A stretch of DNA of 55,765 bases from Gonapodya sp. JEL0774 (taxonomy: Eukaryota): assembly GCA_027604505.1 (NCBI GenBank), contig JADIIX010000067.1, positions 62,001 through 117,765 on the forward strand, given 5' to 3'. Below are positions 37,340 through 49,760 of the stretch, piece by piece. The first letter of the stretch is position 1, and each line of letters begins with the position of its first letter. A program made the translations under genes and the position numbers. The notes below the pieces were generated by a model that did no database searches, was not told where the DNA came from, and worked only from the letters and a program-made list of their open reading frames with translations.

Positions 37340-39100
37340 CAGAGCAACTCTTAATCAAAAGGATCTGGGTGATTTCATAATAGGAGGTGAACTTGGTCAA
37401 GGAACATCGGGTGTTGTAAAGCTTGGTGTTATTGAGGTGACGGGGTTCAGGTGAGTTCTGGCAAAAGTCGATGCTCAGAAAAGCAAGGTTTCCATCTCCA
37501 CTTTGCACCATCAGAGAGTCCTTGGGTAGTCCCCGCGAGTGGGCCGTTGTGGCTTTGAAATACTACCGTCGTAAAGGCATTAATGGGAAGGTGCCTGGGG
37601 ATGCTAGAGCTGAAAAAGCGGTGAGTCAATCTATGTTTTGATTCTAGGGAACATTGGCTGCTTATCTGAGTATTCAAATGGAAAGATCCTCGAGCAGCAT
37701 GTCCACGAGAATTTGGCTAATTTTCTTGGGCAGAAGATAGTAGTGGGAACAAATCAGCTGACGAAGACTGTCACTGTGAATATGTTTGAGTATGTAAGCA
37801 TGGATTTATCGGTGAGTTTGCCAATTGAGATGATAAGCACACGTTCATTCATCAGGGTATCTTTGCTTGTTCTCATGGTGTACTTTCACGGCTTAGTCCA
37901 TTATCCAGCAATTCAGAGCCGCGGGAAAGATCATCCCATTACAATTTGCTCAATCGTTATTTGTACAGTTGATGCGTGTTTTAGCAGACCTTCATGACGA
38001 GTACACTTTGCATGCGGTGAGTGGAATTCAAACTCCAAGAGAAGCAGTGTGCCTGATTCTAACACAAAGTCGTTACTGGTTCTGTGTATCAGGATGTGAA
38101 GCCTCCCAATGTTTTGATCGGAATGACGGGAATATTGAAGCTTGGGGATTTCGGGCTTGCTCGTCAAACAAACATGAGCGGACGCATCATACCATCTGTA
38201 TCGGCACCGATAGGAACCAAGTGTTACCTTGCACCTGAACTTCTTCTGAAAGGGTTACTCGGTGTTGATGGATCTTACGGACTCGACGTCGGTGAGCTCA
38301 TTGCCAAAATCCAAATCGCCGATCTTATCCAGTCATGAATGCATTCCTATTAATTTTGTCAGATCTTTATGCTGCCGGCATGACTATTGCCGAGGTTCTT
38401 GTTGGATTTCGTGTGGGAATGCCGCATCCTAGGAAGATCTCGGTGTGGCGGGATATTATGGAAGACACTATTTCCTCCAGGCCACTCCAAGGAGATGGGT
38501 TACGGATGGAGTTCCTGCGGTTTCTGATGAATGAGCCAGCTTGCAAGAGGAGGACAACATCTGCGATCAACCAGTTCTGTCTCAACAGAGATCCTTTCAA
38601 CTTCCCTGCCAGTGGCGAGCAGATGTCTCTTCGGATCAATTTGCTTGGAAAACCTCAGTTCGGTGAGATGAGGAATCTTGAAGTTGATTGAGGATTCCAT
38701 CTCTGATTTTATTCTTTTACTTCACTGTCTTTCCCCCTTAGATCCACCAGTTCTACCGACTTGGCAGTGCTATATGACTCCAGCACCTGCCTCTCCTCAG
38801 CTTATTGCTGTCACAGCTCCATTTCATGCTGTAGATGGCCGAACATGCCCACTCTATGGACTCCTGCGCTCTCGTGCCAGGCAGAGAGCGCCCCTGCTTT
38901 CAAATTGGGACGGATCCCTTACAGCAGTTCTAGCAGCGCTAAATGCAAATGCACCTTTGGTGCAGGACTTTTTAGATGGTGAAAATAGCGATCTCAGCAG
39001 GATCTTGGGTTCACTGCTGTCCTGGGACCCCCAAGTGAGGGGTTGCGCACGTATCTGGCTGGCACGAATGTGCATATTAGGGTGGGGCTCTGCCATGTGA
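37340..39100 (+). CDS. Divergent CDK-like (CMGC-derived) non-RD protein kinase; 5' exons may extend to ~35228
   Basis: Spliced reading: LGQGTSGVV / VVALKYYRRKGINGKVPGDARAEKA / HENLANFL...FEYVSMDL / AQSLFVQLMRVLADLHDEYTLHA|DVKPPNVLIGMTGILKLGDFGLAR...GTKCYLAPE / DLYAAGMTIAE / LLSWDPQVR. TGA ends at 39100. Confidence 0.8.
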
Positions 39101-39675
39101 GTGGATGTGGTCAAGACATGGGCAATGTCAGCAAGATTGAAGTCCAGTTTGGCTTGTTTCCTCTAGCTCATCTCAAAACTGGAGCTTAGAGAACGTCTTC
39201 ACTTATGCGGACTTGCCTGCTCAGGTGCAACAACTTATTCCGCATCCTTAAGGTGAATAATTTTCCATACTTCATCTCACTATATTGCAGAAAGTCACTC
39301 ACTGTGCTTAGAATTCCAAGGTGCACACTGCTATGGTATTGGGAACGTTGACTGTATAATCCTGGGCCCTGGCACTTCTGTTATCTTTTCTCCTTGGATT
39401 TTGTAGTATTCCCCTTGCAAAATTTCTCGAACTATCTAGTACGGGCTAACTGTGCTTGCTCCTCAATATTCTTATAATGGATGTGACATTCCTAAATGTT
39501 TTTAAACTTCCTGTGCATAATAAGATCCACACGCTTTTGTTCATTAAGGCACTAAATTAGCGACGGAGCATGAAGCTACTTTTGTGTCATGAGTAGCAGA
39601 GACTGTCTTCTCTCACACGATCAAGGTCACTGGTGTCGAATGGAGTAACACAAGAGTACTCAAGTATTGTAAGAC

Positions 39676-41682
39676 ACTCCGATAATACATGATTCGGTCA
39701 TTACACATAACTGTACATACAATGAAAATTGAAATTACGGCGTATATGATACAGTATTTCATTCCTCACTGGTAACCTCCACAGTCATGGACTATTTCCC
39801 CTCCCCGCACCCACCACCTCGACTTGGTGTCTCTGGTCTTGTACTTGCTCTAGATTCCTCCTTGGATCCATCGAGTTTTGTTGGTGTCGGCGCATTGGTG
39901 GCGAGTCGAGGGCATTGATCCTGGAAGTCACAGTGGAGTAGAACTCATCGAGCTTCTGCATCAGACTGCAAGGTTAGAGTGTATGATGAGTAAAATGTTG
40001 GGTTACACCATTCGAAGATCCGCAATCGAAGTTGGGACAAGAACACCCACGTTTTGGTGATGTCCACATGTTCAAGGACCGACTCAGGCCCGGCACTTCC
40101 TATTTCGCTCTGTGGTAAGCTTGCACTCAATTGCTTTCACCTCGAAAAAGTTCCAGACGAAAAAAATCCTTGTTCCTCGTCCTCCGGATCATTTGTATAC
40201 CCCGTCGAAGCCACCACACCAAGATTGTGCTTGACCTCCTCGAAAACCTTTTGATGGTCATTAACCCGCCAACCCGTGGCGAGATTAACCTCTTCTTCTT
40301 TGCTATCGGAGCGAGACGTGGAAGAAACGGGATTGGGACCGTCGAATGGGTTGACGTTCCGACAGATTTTCTGCATCTTCCACGCGCTAAAGATAAACGG
40401 GTGTCCGAAAGGTCGTCTTGTCCAAGAAGTGCGTCCAAGACTTCAAGCACTTCAGAGGCGAGATCTGATTGGAGGAGGTCGAGGATTGGAGTGAGCAGGC
40501 CGTCTCGACCATGATCAGATCCACACACTGTGAAAGGTCGATCCGCAGGATCAAGAGTTTCAGAATCTGCAATGAATTGCGCCGGTAGATCTCCTTACTA
40601 TTGCCAAGAAGTCCTAGGACAAATCGCAATGTTGGTAACTCGAATGCCGGGAAGTAGCTCTCCTCGATGCCTTTGATGATGAAGGCAAGGTATTCCGACT
40701 TCGTGCGGAACTTTGTCCGCATGACTTCTTGCCTATGGCATCAAAACCTATCTCACGAGCGAGTGCAGCCAGATTTCCTTCGATGTTCCAAGAGGCTTCC
40801 TCCTTCAGCACCTCCTGCTCAGGGCTCGCGTCATAGTGGTTAAGCATTCGAGGGAGGTTGGCGAGCAAACCGAACACAAATCGCCCACTGGATGCATCTA
40901 CGATTGTGTGATCAAGTCGGAGAAGGTAGTTCAAGAGCGTCAGCGAAACTGGCTCGGTGATAGAGGAACTCAAACCCCTGAGTAGGAGAGGTTGAAGCCA
41001 TGGGAAACCTCCCTGCCAGTCACGACAAATGGTGTCACTCAGCATATCCATGGTCTGCACATCTTTAAGGTCCATTTTCCGCAGAATCTTCTCCAATGTT
41101 TCCGCTGCGCGTAAAAACTCCCATTCGGGTGGGCTCTCAAGGGTTGCAACACAAGCCCAAAAATATAATGGAAATGGCAGAATTTCATCTCGCTGGAGCG
41201 GCTGTACCATTGCTCTAAGAGTGTTAAGAGCTTCTAGAGCAAAGCCTTGCGCCTCATCCGACCGTGCGCCAATTGTTTTACACAATCGCCCGAGGAAGTC
41301 ACCTAGCATGTCTAATGTCACCGCTGGCATAAGTGCTCGGAAAACTTCAAGTGAGCGGCAAGCAATGTGGCGGATTGAAGACGTTGTGCTCCACAGCAGA
41401 GCCACCTCCCCCCATTTTTAACCAAAATCCTCGTCGACAGCAACCAGCACCGACTCCACCAAATTTACGAATTCCGTTAATTCCGCATTGCTAGGAACCG
41501 ACTCCGTGGTCGTGTTTGGTGTGAGATCTTCGTTAGCCCACAACCGTTGTCCTCGAGAATCTTCCAGACGTTTCGACAGGATCGAAGCTCCTGCGACGGA
41601 ACTGGGAACTGATGTTTGAAACAAACGAAAAGAAAACGTTTTCATATCTTCGCTGATGACAGTCACCGGTGCATCGAAATCG
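39676..41682 (-). pseudogene. Inverted partial duplicate of the TAO3 3' end (matches ~3283-5299), including the last intron and 3' UTR
   Basis: Colinear reverse-complement match. CAA>TAA stop at 41418-41420, ~10-bp deletion near 40725, further frameshifts. ORFs 40614-41405, 40387-40722 and 40137-40376 reproduce TAO3 peptide. Confidence 0.97.
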
Positions 41683-42028
41683 TCACTCCTCCCGAGCAAG
41701 AAGACAAACTCAGGCGTGTACTCTGATTCAAATGAGAGTAATGATTCCGTGCCGACACGCGCGACCATCTCCTCTACGCTATTCCACTGAAAGCCGGGCC
41801 CTGACATTGGGGGCGCCTGAGATCGCGAGATTTCTGTATCGTCGTTTCGGTCGTTGATCCACCACACAGCGTCGCCTCCGACTTCTTCAATTTTTGATAT
41901 TCGGATGAGCGCTGCTGAACTTGCCTTTCGTATTCCTCACCAGCATGTAGAAGGTACTTCGAAAGCAAGTCCACCACGAATTCAGTTGTCAAGGAAGTGG
42001 GGCAACATCGTGGAATGCACGAAATGAT

Positions 42029-42652
42029 TGCTTTGGCGGAGAGCCTGTCGAAAATTCTGTGAACGTTTGCCGTCCAGGTCGGGAGAGACCCTGGACGTTG
42101 CCCGGGGACCACCACGAGGAGGTGTTCTACCAGAAGATGTGGGGAATAGAGCGTTGTTGAAAATTTGAGAACTCTAGAGAACGATGAGGGAAAGTCGAGC
42201 AGACCAAGAACCTCACCACAATACAGTCCCCTATAAACTGTGACCCGTCTGCGGAGACGCAATCCCAAAGTGACAGTTCCAGGCCGGGAATCAAAGAGAT
42301 AGCGGTCGTCGTCTTCTGTGCGGGTGCTTCTCCAATTCGATTCTAGTTGATGTCCGGGAACTACCCGCCTTTCATCCCTGCGCTCGAGTGAATAGCATCC
42401 TAGTTACAGGTGGGTACAAGCCACCACCTGGTTCCGAGGTTGCCACCACCAGCTCCACACGGTACCGTCCCTTTCCTTGCTGACCGAACGCCATGCCAAA
42501 GTAGGCCCACCAGAGTGCTTCGCGGACCCGGATAAAGCAGGGACTGGCGCATAGGAGTCCTGGTAGCAAGGAAAGGCAGTTGCAATGAGAAAATGATTCG
42601 GCTCTGCAAGGTCCGAGCGCAAGCATACACGGGCGGGGGGTTTTGGGTGAAG
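42029..42652 (+). repeat. ~625-bp dispersed direct repeat, copy 2
   Basis: Colinear with 33203-33830. Confidence 0.93.
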
Positions 42653-43338
42653 TTTGAGTCAGTTGGATTTTGTGATGTCCACATCACCCACTTCACCACC
42701 ACCAACATCCAAACAACTTTTGCAAGGATGATTCTGACAAGATTCTCGAAGTACATACGTAGATCTTATCTAATTGTGTAGTTGGTGATGCGTACAAGAT
42801 AACTGGTTCTCTTTCGAGCGTTCAACGACATACGCCATTTCGGTTTCGCGTAAATGAATTCACTTCTTTCTCCTCCTCTACGTTGTTTCATCGAGTGGGA
42901 CCCGCATCTCAGGTGGTGGCGACCAATCGCAAATCAAGGTGTTATGTCACATTTGACGGTTGTCCCGGTGACTTAACCGAAGCAAGACGTGAATTTGGTC
43001 TAAGCTGACACTCCCAGCTGAGAAGCTTGATGTTGCTTTGGACGAATGACGACTGGTTTGATGTGGCATGTGTTTGCTGTTCCCACCATGCAAATGCAAT
43101 TCAATGGCACTGTAGTCTAATCGTCGCTCGTGCAATCTGAAGATTGGAGTAAAATAGGCGGCTTCATTGAGGCGGATCGACTCAAATCAATCTTCGTGCC
43201 GTGTTTGATACCTGCAGAGTTGCATGGGTTGCAGGAACCGCCCCTCCGCCGGCCCGTGGCTCATCCTTTCAAGAGCCACTTTTTCTACCTTTCAGGGCCT
43301 TTCTCAGGTCCACGGGAAACCATCCGTGTGTGGAGACC

Positions 43339-45618
43339 ATGAGCACAGGATTCACAAATCTCGAGAAGGATGCGGCAGAGGTGAAGAGGGTACAGGTGGG
43401 TCCGTGATGGGTGAATGAAGTGACTCGGTGTCACTTCCTGACATCCTTCCTTCTCTAGTTTGAGGAGGAGCCCTTGGAGGAAACAAAGTAGGACCTAGTG
43501 CATTGACTTCTTGGGAATTTGTTTCTGATGAGCTCCTGTGGAAATCGCCGTCACAGCAAGCTGGGGCTGGAGATTCGCGGAATCGAACGAGTCCTCCCAC
43601 AAGACCGACATCACACCCGAATATGGGAAAACTTCACCATGTGGTGCTCGGGAAACATGTGTATGAGTACTTTGACGACCGGCGCGTGAGTGAAGATTGA
43701 GCGGAAGCGCTTGTCTTCTTCGGCTCGAGCAGACGGATGCATTTCCACGAACACAGACTTGGCATTACAATCTACGAGGTTTCACTCATGGAAGGAGTGA
43801 TGGTCGTGGTCTTAACGAACGCAATATGCTGCTCTATCACGGCATGGATTTCGACTTTTGGGCCTCGACTAGGAATGCGCCAATTTATCGTAACCCGATA
43901 CTCGTTCGGGTGGTGTGAGTTCGGGGGCTGCCCAATCCGGTACCGTCCCCCCAGAAGGTCACACACTGTTTTCTCTACGTAGACCCGACTAAGCTCGTTG
44001 CCCTGCTTAATGCCATCGCGGCGACTGGGTGGTCCACGGTTAATGCTATAGCAGCAGGGCTCCTTCTTGAATCAATTTCCGGCGGAAAGCTCCCTAGCTG
44101 GGCCGGTATCATCATCATCTCTTTCTTGACGATCGTTATTGGGTTAGCTGCGGAATGTGTTCATGCCTCTTCCCATCGCCCTGCTTGACACCCTTGTTCG
44201 TTCCTCAGGGTTGTGGGATACAAATGGGTCCACCACGTGCGTTGTCGCTGGTTTAAATAAAAAGAGTCTCTCTTAATCAGATCAATTGTTTCTTAGTACG
44301 AGCGATTCGCTTTCCTTCCTCTGATGATTGTGTTCCTCATCCTCCTCTGGAAAGCGAGCCCTGACATCACCAACGTACCCAACTTGAACGAGGACCGGCT
44401 GGCTTATGCTGGCTCTATCTTATCCTATATTGCAGCGATCATTGGATTCGCGGCGGGTTGGTTCTCATTCGTGGCGGACTACAACTGCAACATGGTATGA
44501 AGCAAACTCAGAACTCCATGAACCTCCCCGGCTCGCTCAGAAAACCTTGCATTTGACTCATGCAGCCCGAAGACACCAACCTCTACAAGGTCTTCTTCTA
44601 CACCTTCTCCGGCCTCTACTTCCCCATGGTCCTCCTCGAAATCATTGGTTTACTTGTGGCCTCCACCATCTCCTCGTCGCAGCTGTACGCAGAAGCGTTT
44701 GCCACAGCAGACACACCAGGTGTAGTGACGGAGATTCTCAAGCCGCTCGGTGGCTTCGGAACGTTTTGTGTGGTACTGTTGGCGTTGAGTAGTATCGCGA
44801 CCAACATTCCGAATGATTACAGGTGAGTTTGGAAGCATTTGGTAGCCTGTGTACTCGAAAATGGTCACTTTTGTCCGCTGTAGTTGATCGAGTATTCCTT
44901 TATGCTCCTGTAGTCTCGGCCTTTGCATGCAGGTTTTGGGGCCGTCATCGTTTGCGCGAGTGAAGCGCTATTGGTGGACCTTGGGAGGCTCCATTGTCTG
45001 TACGTAAGATTTGACTTCCGATTGCCATTGAAATGATATTGAAATGATTCCCACTCCTTGCCCTTACGGGACCTGTGTAACGTGACAGATGTCCTGCTCG
45101 CTTGTTTTGGTGCGAAGAGCTTTTCATCATCTCTGTCCAACTTCCTTCTGGTCATGGGTTATTGGGGCTCCATCTATGCGACCATAGTCCTCACCGAGGA
45201 CCTTTTGGTGAGTTTGTGAAGAGTATTATCCTGATGCCTAACGGGGTTTGTCAATCACATCGCCTCCATCACACCGCAAGTTCCGCCGCATGAGATACGA
45301 TGTGGACGCGTGGAACTCGCCCGAGAAGCTCCCTCACGGAATCGCTGCAGCTTGCGCATTTGTAGCTGGCGCGGTCGGTGCGGTGATGGGGATGGCGCAG
45401 GTGTGGTTCATTGGACCCATCGCCGCAAAGGTAAGAGCAATTGAGCGAATGCCGTATTAGTCCTCGACAGAAGCTTTAATGGTACGTATCTTTCCCTGCG
45501 CCAGTTTGGTCCGTTCGGAGGCGACTTGGGGTGCGAACTCGGTGTCGTTCTTGCATTCACCGTGTACGTCATTGCCCGGCCTTTAGAGGCCAAGTACACA
45601 CGGAGTTTTAGCCACTGA
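43339..45618 (+). CDS. FCY2: NCS1-family purine-cytosine permease (Fcy2/Tpn1-like); many short introns
   Basis: LGLEIRGIERV, WISTFGPRLGMRQFIVTRYSFGW, LVALLNAIAATGWSTVNAI, YERFAFLP, LALSSIATNIPNDY, NFLLVMGYWGSIYATIVLTED, GMAQVWFIGPIAAK, GGDLG. Confidence 0.92.
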
Positions 45619-45869
45619 TTGCACCATAATGTTGTTCATTGGATTAATGGTCGTACTGGTCGCAAAGAGCCTCGTGAATATAGTCTGTCGGTCAAATCGT
45701 CAGAGAGCATTGCGAAAGTTCTTCCAGTACAAGTGAGAAATGTCGCATAGACATGTCTCCGGTGTCAGAGACGAGTGTCCGCTCTGTGTATTATTCAGTT
45801 GAGGTGCCGCACTGTCGCATCAAAGGGTTCTGCCGATAGCACACAATCTATTTCACGGTGGATCATACC

Positions 45870-47232
45870 ATGAATTCCAGCGATGCCGAGCTAGAACAAC
45901 GAGATGAAGCAAGCAATAGTGACAGTGATGCGTACCATGGCCCAGCGCGACCGCCACCTTCTCCTCCCAAGCCAGCAAAGGCGGGGGAGTCCTTGGATGC
46001 AAGCGACGTGGAACGGCGCTCCAAACGGCCCACCGATCGCCGGAGTAAGGAGAACACTGATAAATATCGAGACACACGATCCAAGAAAAAGAAACGACGG
46101 CGTTCCCATTCTGACAGCAGGTCCGAATCTGAGGAGAGCTCCGCCAGCTCCGGAAAGGAGAGGAGCCGTAAGAAGCGTCGCAAAGAGAAATCTCGGAGAA
46201 AAGATGGACATGGTCGTGGCAAACCCTCTAAAAAGCATCGACGGGAGTCATCTGCGAAAGCAGAGGAAGCCCGACACGCAACGGCTGTTCGTACGACAGA
46301 GGATGATGCTTCACATTCGAATACAAAACTAGCACCAACTGCATCGTTGGACACCCAAGCTCGTCGCGTACTGGGACCAGCCCCACCACCTCCCGAGCTT
46401 CTCCTCGAAATGGCTCGACGGTCGGCCCTCAGTGGTCCGGATATCGGTCCTGCTATAGGACCATCTGTTGGACCCTCTGCTGGCCTGTCGAACCCTGACG
46501 AGGAACGAGCAGAGCTAGAAGAGAAGATTAGGGAACTGGAAAGGAGGGCTAGAGGATCTCGGGACGATGGAAGTGGACAGGAGACCAATGTCGAGGCGCA
46601 GGAGGACGATGGAAAGCCCAAGCGTGGCGATTGGATGCTCATACCACCGGAGCCAAAACGATTAGGAGGTGAGAGCTAGCGAATACATTCCTAGTGGATG
46701 TCTGCCTTTATCGAGCAAAACCAAACCTGTTCTAGTCAATCTTGCTCCCAACCTCTTCAAGAACCGTGGTTTCAGCCAAACTGGTGTTGCGGGGGCTGTG
46801 GACCAATCGGGTTGGACAGAGTCTCCTCAGGAGAAAGAGAAGAGATTTAGGGAAGAAGCGCAGGGGAAAACTTCAGATAAGAAGAAAGCAAGTCTCCACC
46901 ATTTATGCTGGCTCCCGGCGCACCCTCTTAACTACGTATCGCCCAATCAGAAATCTTCCACTGATACGCCCGAGTACACGCCCCGAGATTTGGAGCAGTT
47001 AGCTCTCTCCTCTTCCCTCAACGCCCGCCGAGGGCCTTCTCTCATGGACGCCCACCAGGCTCAAAGAGCTGCCACTGGAGAAAAGCTCACCGATGCTCCT
47101 CGTGAATGGGACCGAGAACGGGATCTGAACGCCAGGAGGGTAGACCCGAAGAAGAGGCAGGAGATGCTTGCAAAGGCGAAAGAGCTTGGTGATCGATTTG
47201 GTCATGGAACAGGTGGTGGAACATTTTTGTAG
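45870..47232 (+). CDS. DUF3752 / GPALPP1-like protein
   Basis: K/R/S-rich N-terminus; LGPAPPP, IGPAIGPS, RGDWMLIPP, DQSGWTESPQEK, RGPSLMDAHQ, REWDRERDL, ELGDRFGHG...FL*. Confidence 0.85.
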
Positions 47233-47477
47233 GCACAGCACAAAGTTACACAAATGTACAAAGCAATGATAGTAAGGTACGAACATTTCAAAAATAGTGG
47301 AATACCAACAATGTAGTGTACAAAAGGTATACGAACAGTGCGACAAGCAGATAGAACTAATCCATTAGATTGATTATCGGAGTGAAACTTGATCTGAGCG
47401 TGGTCGTAAGTGGATATCACGTTGCAACTGGGTATCGATTATCAAAGGGTGAACAAAGACTCTCTTCATTCGCGAGT

Positions 47478-49760
47478 TCACGGACTTCCCGCCTGCTCTG
47501 TCCTATCAGGGGAACCCGGGGACCCAGTCTCGTTGTCAACCTCAGAGGCCCGTTCAGCAATCACTTCAACGTGATCATCAAAGCTCACTGCTCTTGATCT
47601 CCTCTTTGACGGCGTACACCTCTTCCCCATAGAAATCGAGTGTCGTTGGGTGCTCTTGCTTTCGGTTCGGGCTATGGACGGAAACTTCTCTAACTCATCG
47701 GAGTTGGCGTCGTGCGACCATCCACCCATCTTGCCCATAAAGGACCCCATTCCATCAGTCTCCCCTTCTTCAAGCATTGCCCCCAGGGTGCCGGCCGCTG
47801 ACACGAGCGTCCCAACCTCGCTCTTAGGCGTCTCAGAACCGTTAGTTGCAGCGACAGTCCCTTCGCTCGCACCTGACACTGGTCTTGATGTTTGACGCGA
47901 CGGAGGAGCGGGACGGTGGCTTTTGTCTGCTGAACCCACAGTGCTGTGAATAGTTCCTGTGCTGCAAGCGCCACTATCACGGCGAGATTCGGGTCGAGTT
48001 CCGGCGCTGTTTCGGAGAATACCATGACGGAGGGAAGAGATGGAAGCGCGTGAGCTAGAAACAGATCCAGAAGTACGGGGTCGGGCATTGGGTGGAACAT
48101 GCCCCATTGGGAGATCCACAACGTTGGGTTGAATTGAGTTTATGCCCTTTAGCGGTGGGGTGGAACCCAGGCTGGAGAGGACATCTGAGCGCAAGGTGGG
48201 ATCGACCTCCAAATCTTCCCCGGTCTGCATTGATTCGGCGAGAGAGGTCACCGACCGGTCGCTGTCTGTGTCGTCGTCCGAAGCGGGAGGAGCGAGGCGG
48301 ATATTTTCGTCTGCGCCATCGCTCGTCACCATATCAGACGCAGCGCTCACCGCCTGGAGGGCAGCCTCAAGCTCACCCAAGTCCAAGAGACCAGAAGGAC
48401 ACATGCTGGAGGCTGGAGCGACGAACCCTCGGTGAATACGGGGAAACAGAGACGCGGTTTGATTTTCAACATCGTCTTCGCTCCGAGAACGCTTTCGGGC
48501 GTGTTCTTTTGCGATTTTCTCGAGAGACGAGGACACTTCATCCGCGAGCGAGTCCAGGGGGGTGCCAGCAGTGAGACGAGACGCCATATTGGGGAGTGGC
48601 TGGAGCAGGTTCAAGTCGATATCGAGTTGCGGCTGTGACACTGGGGCAGACGGAAAGTAGATCCTCGATTCCGCCACGGAAGGGAACTCCAGCCCACCGT
48701 CCGAGGCCCCGGTGCCAGGTGAGATCTTCCGTTTCGCATTACCGTCAGAGCGGAGAATCGTCAAGCTTGACATACTCCCAGCTCGGCTTCCGTCAGCCGG
48801 ACAGGTCATGGACTGCTCCGAAGGTATGTACGACAAGGAGACGGTTGAGGTGTTTGGGGATGACTTCTTGCCAAACTTAGAGGCGACAGCTCGAACCATG
48901 TTGCCGAAACCAGAAAAAGCGGATACGGATGGGCTATTTGGCGATGTTGGCGACGACCCACTACCGCCGACAACGCTGGATTTGAATGCAAAAAAACCGC
49001 GGGGTTTGGTCTCCAATGTCGCCGTGGCACACCCAGCCAACGGCCGGTCCTGGCTTGTCGGTGATGCCATCTGAACTGAATTCACGCTGATGTTTATGGA
49101 TGATGTCTCTAAACGCGAGTCAGGGTCAACAGCTGCAATGACCAAGCCATCGAGGGGACCCAACCCAGTATCGTGGAAGTCTGCCACACTACTGCTTTCA
49201 CTGGCCTTCGCATAGCTAGCCGTACGACTTTGCATGTATTTGCTAGAGTGGGCGGGGTCGATGAAGAGTGTGGAGCTTTCATCTGAGGGGGCAGAAGCTT
49301 GGAATTGTTGGAGCTGGTCGTTCCACCTGTCCCAAGTTTCGTTTGCGCGATTGACTTGTGCGCGTTTGTATTTCTTCGAATGCCGAAGCATGACAAACAT
49401 GCGACGGAGGCGCTCGGCTTCGAGCTCGGGGGCAACGTCAGAAACTCTCCTAAGTATCACAATGCATTGAGGAAGACCGAACGAGAACACACGTGAAGAT
49501 TGTGCCGCTTACCTGACAGAGAGCATATCACGGATAATTGGGTCATTCATACCCCGATCGTCTTCAGCCCCTTGTTGTGGGTTGCGCTCCCGCAAGGTTC
49601 CAAATGCGGCAAATCCGCCCATTCCACCCCTCGGTCCGGCATCCAAGGCTGCCATTGAGCTGATGCTGTTAATCTTCGCATTGTGTGTTGCCAACTTCTC
49701 AAAGTCGCAGTTGTCTGAACCCGTCGAGGTTGGCGAAGCTTCAAGAAGTTTGGTACTCAT
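47478..49760 (-). CDS. Hypothetical Ser-rich, largely disordered protein (2 exons) with GILR and RAVSF motifs
   Basis: 670-aa ORF 47478-49490 plus an upstream exon within 49509-49781 ending in a CAG/GTAAG donor. Confidence 0.75.

Noticed and set aside
33203..42652. LTR retrotransposon interpretation of the direct repeats
   Set aside because: The repeats start with TG but do not end in CA; I found no primer-binding site, polypurine tract, TSD or gag/RT/integrase motifs.
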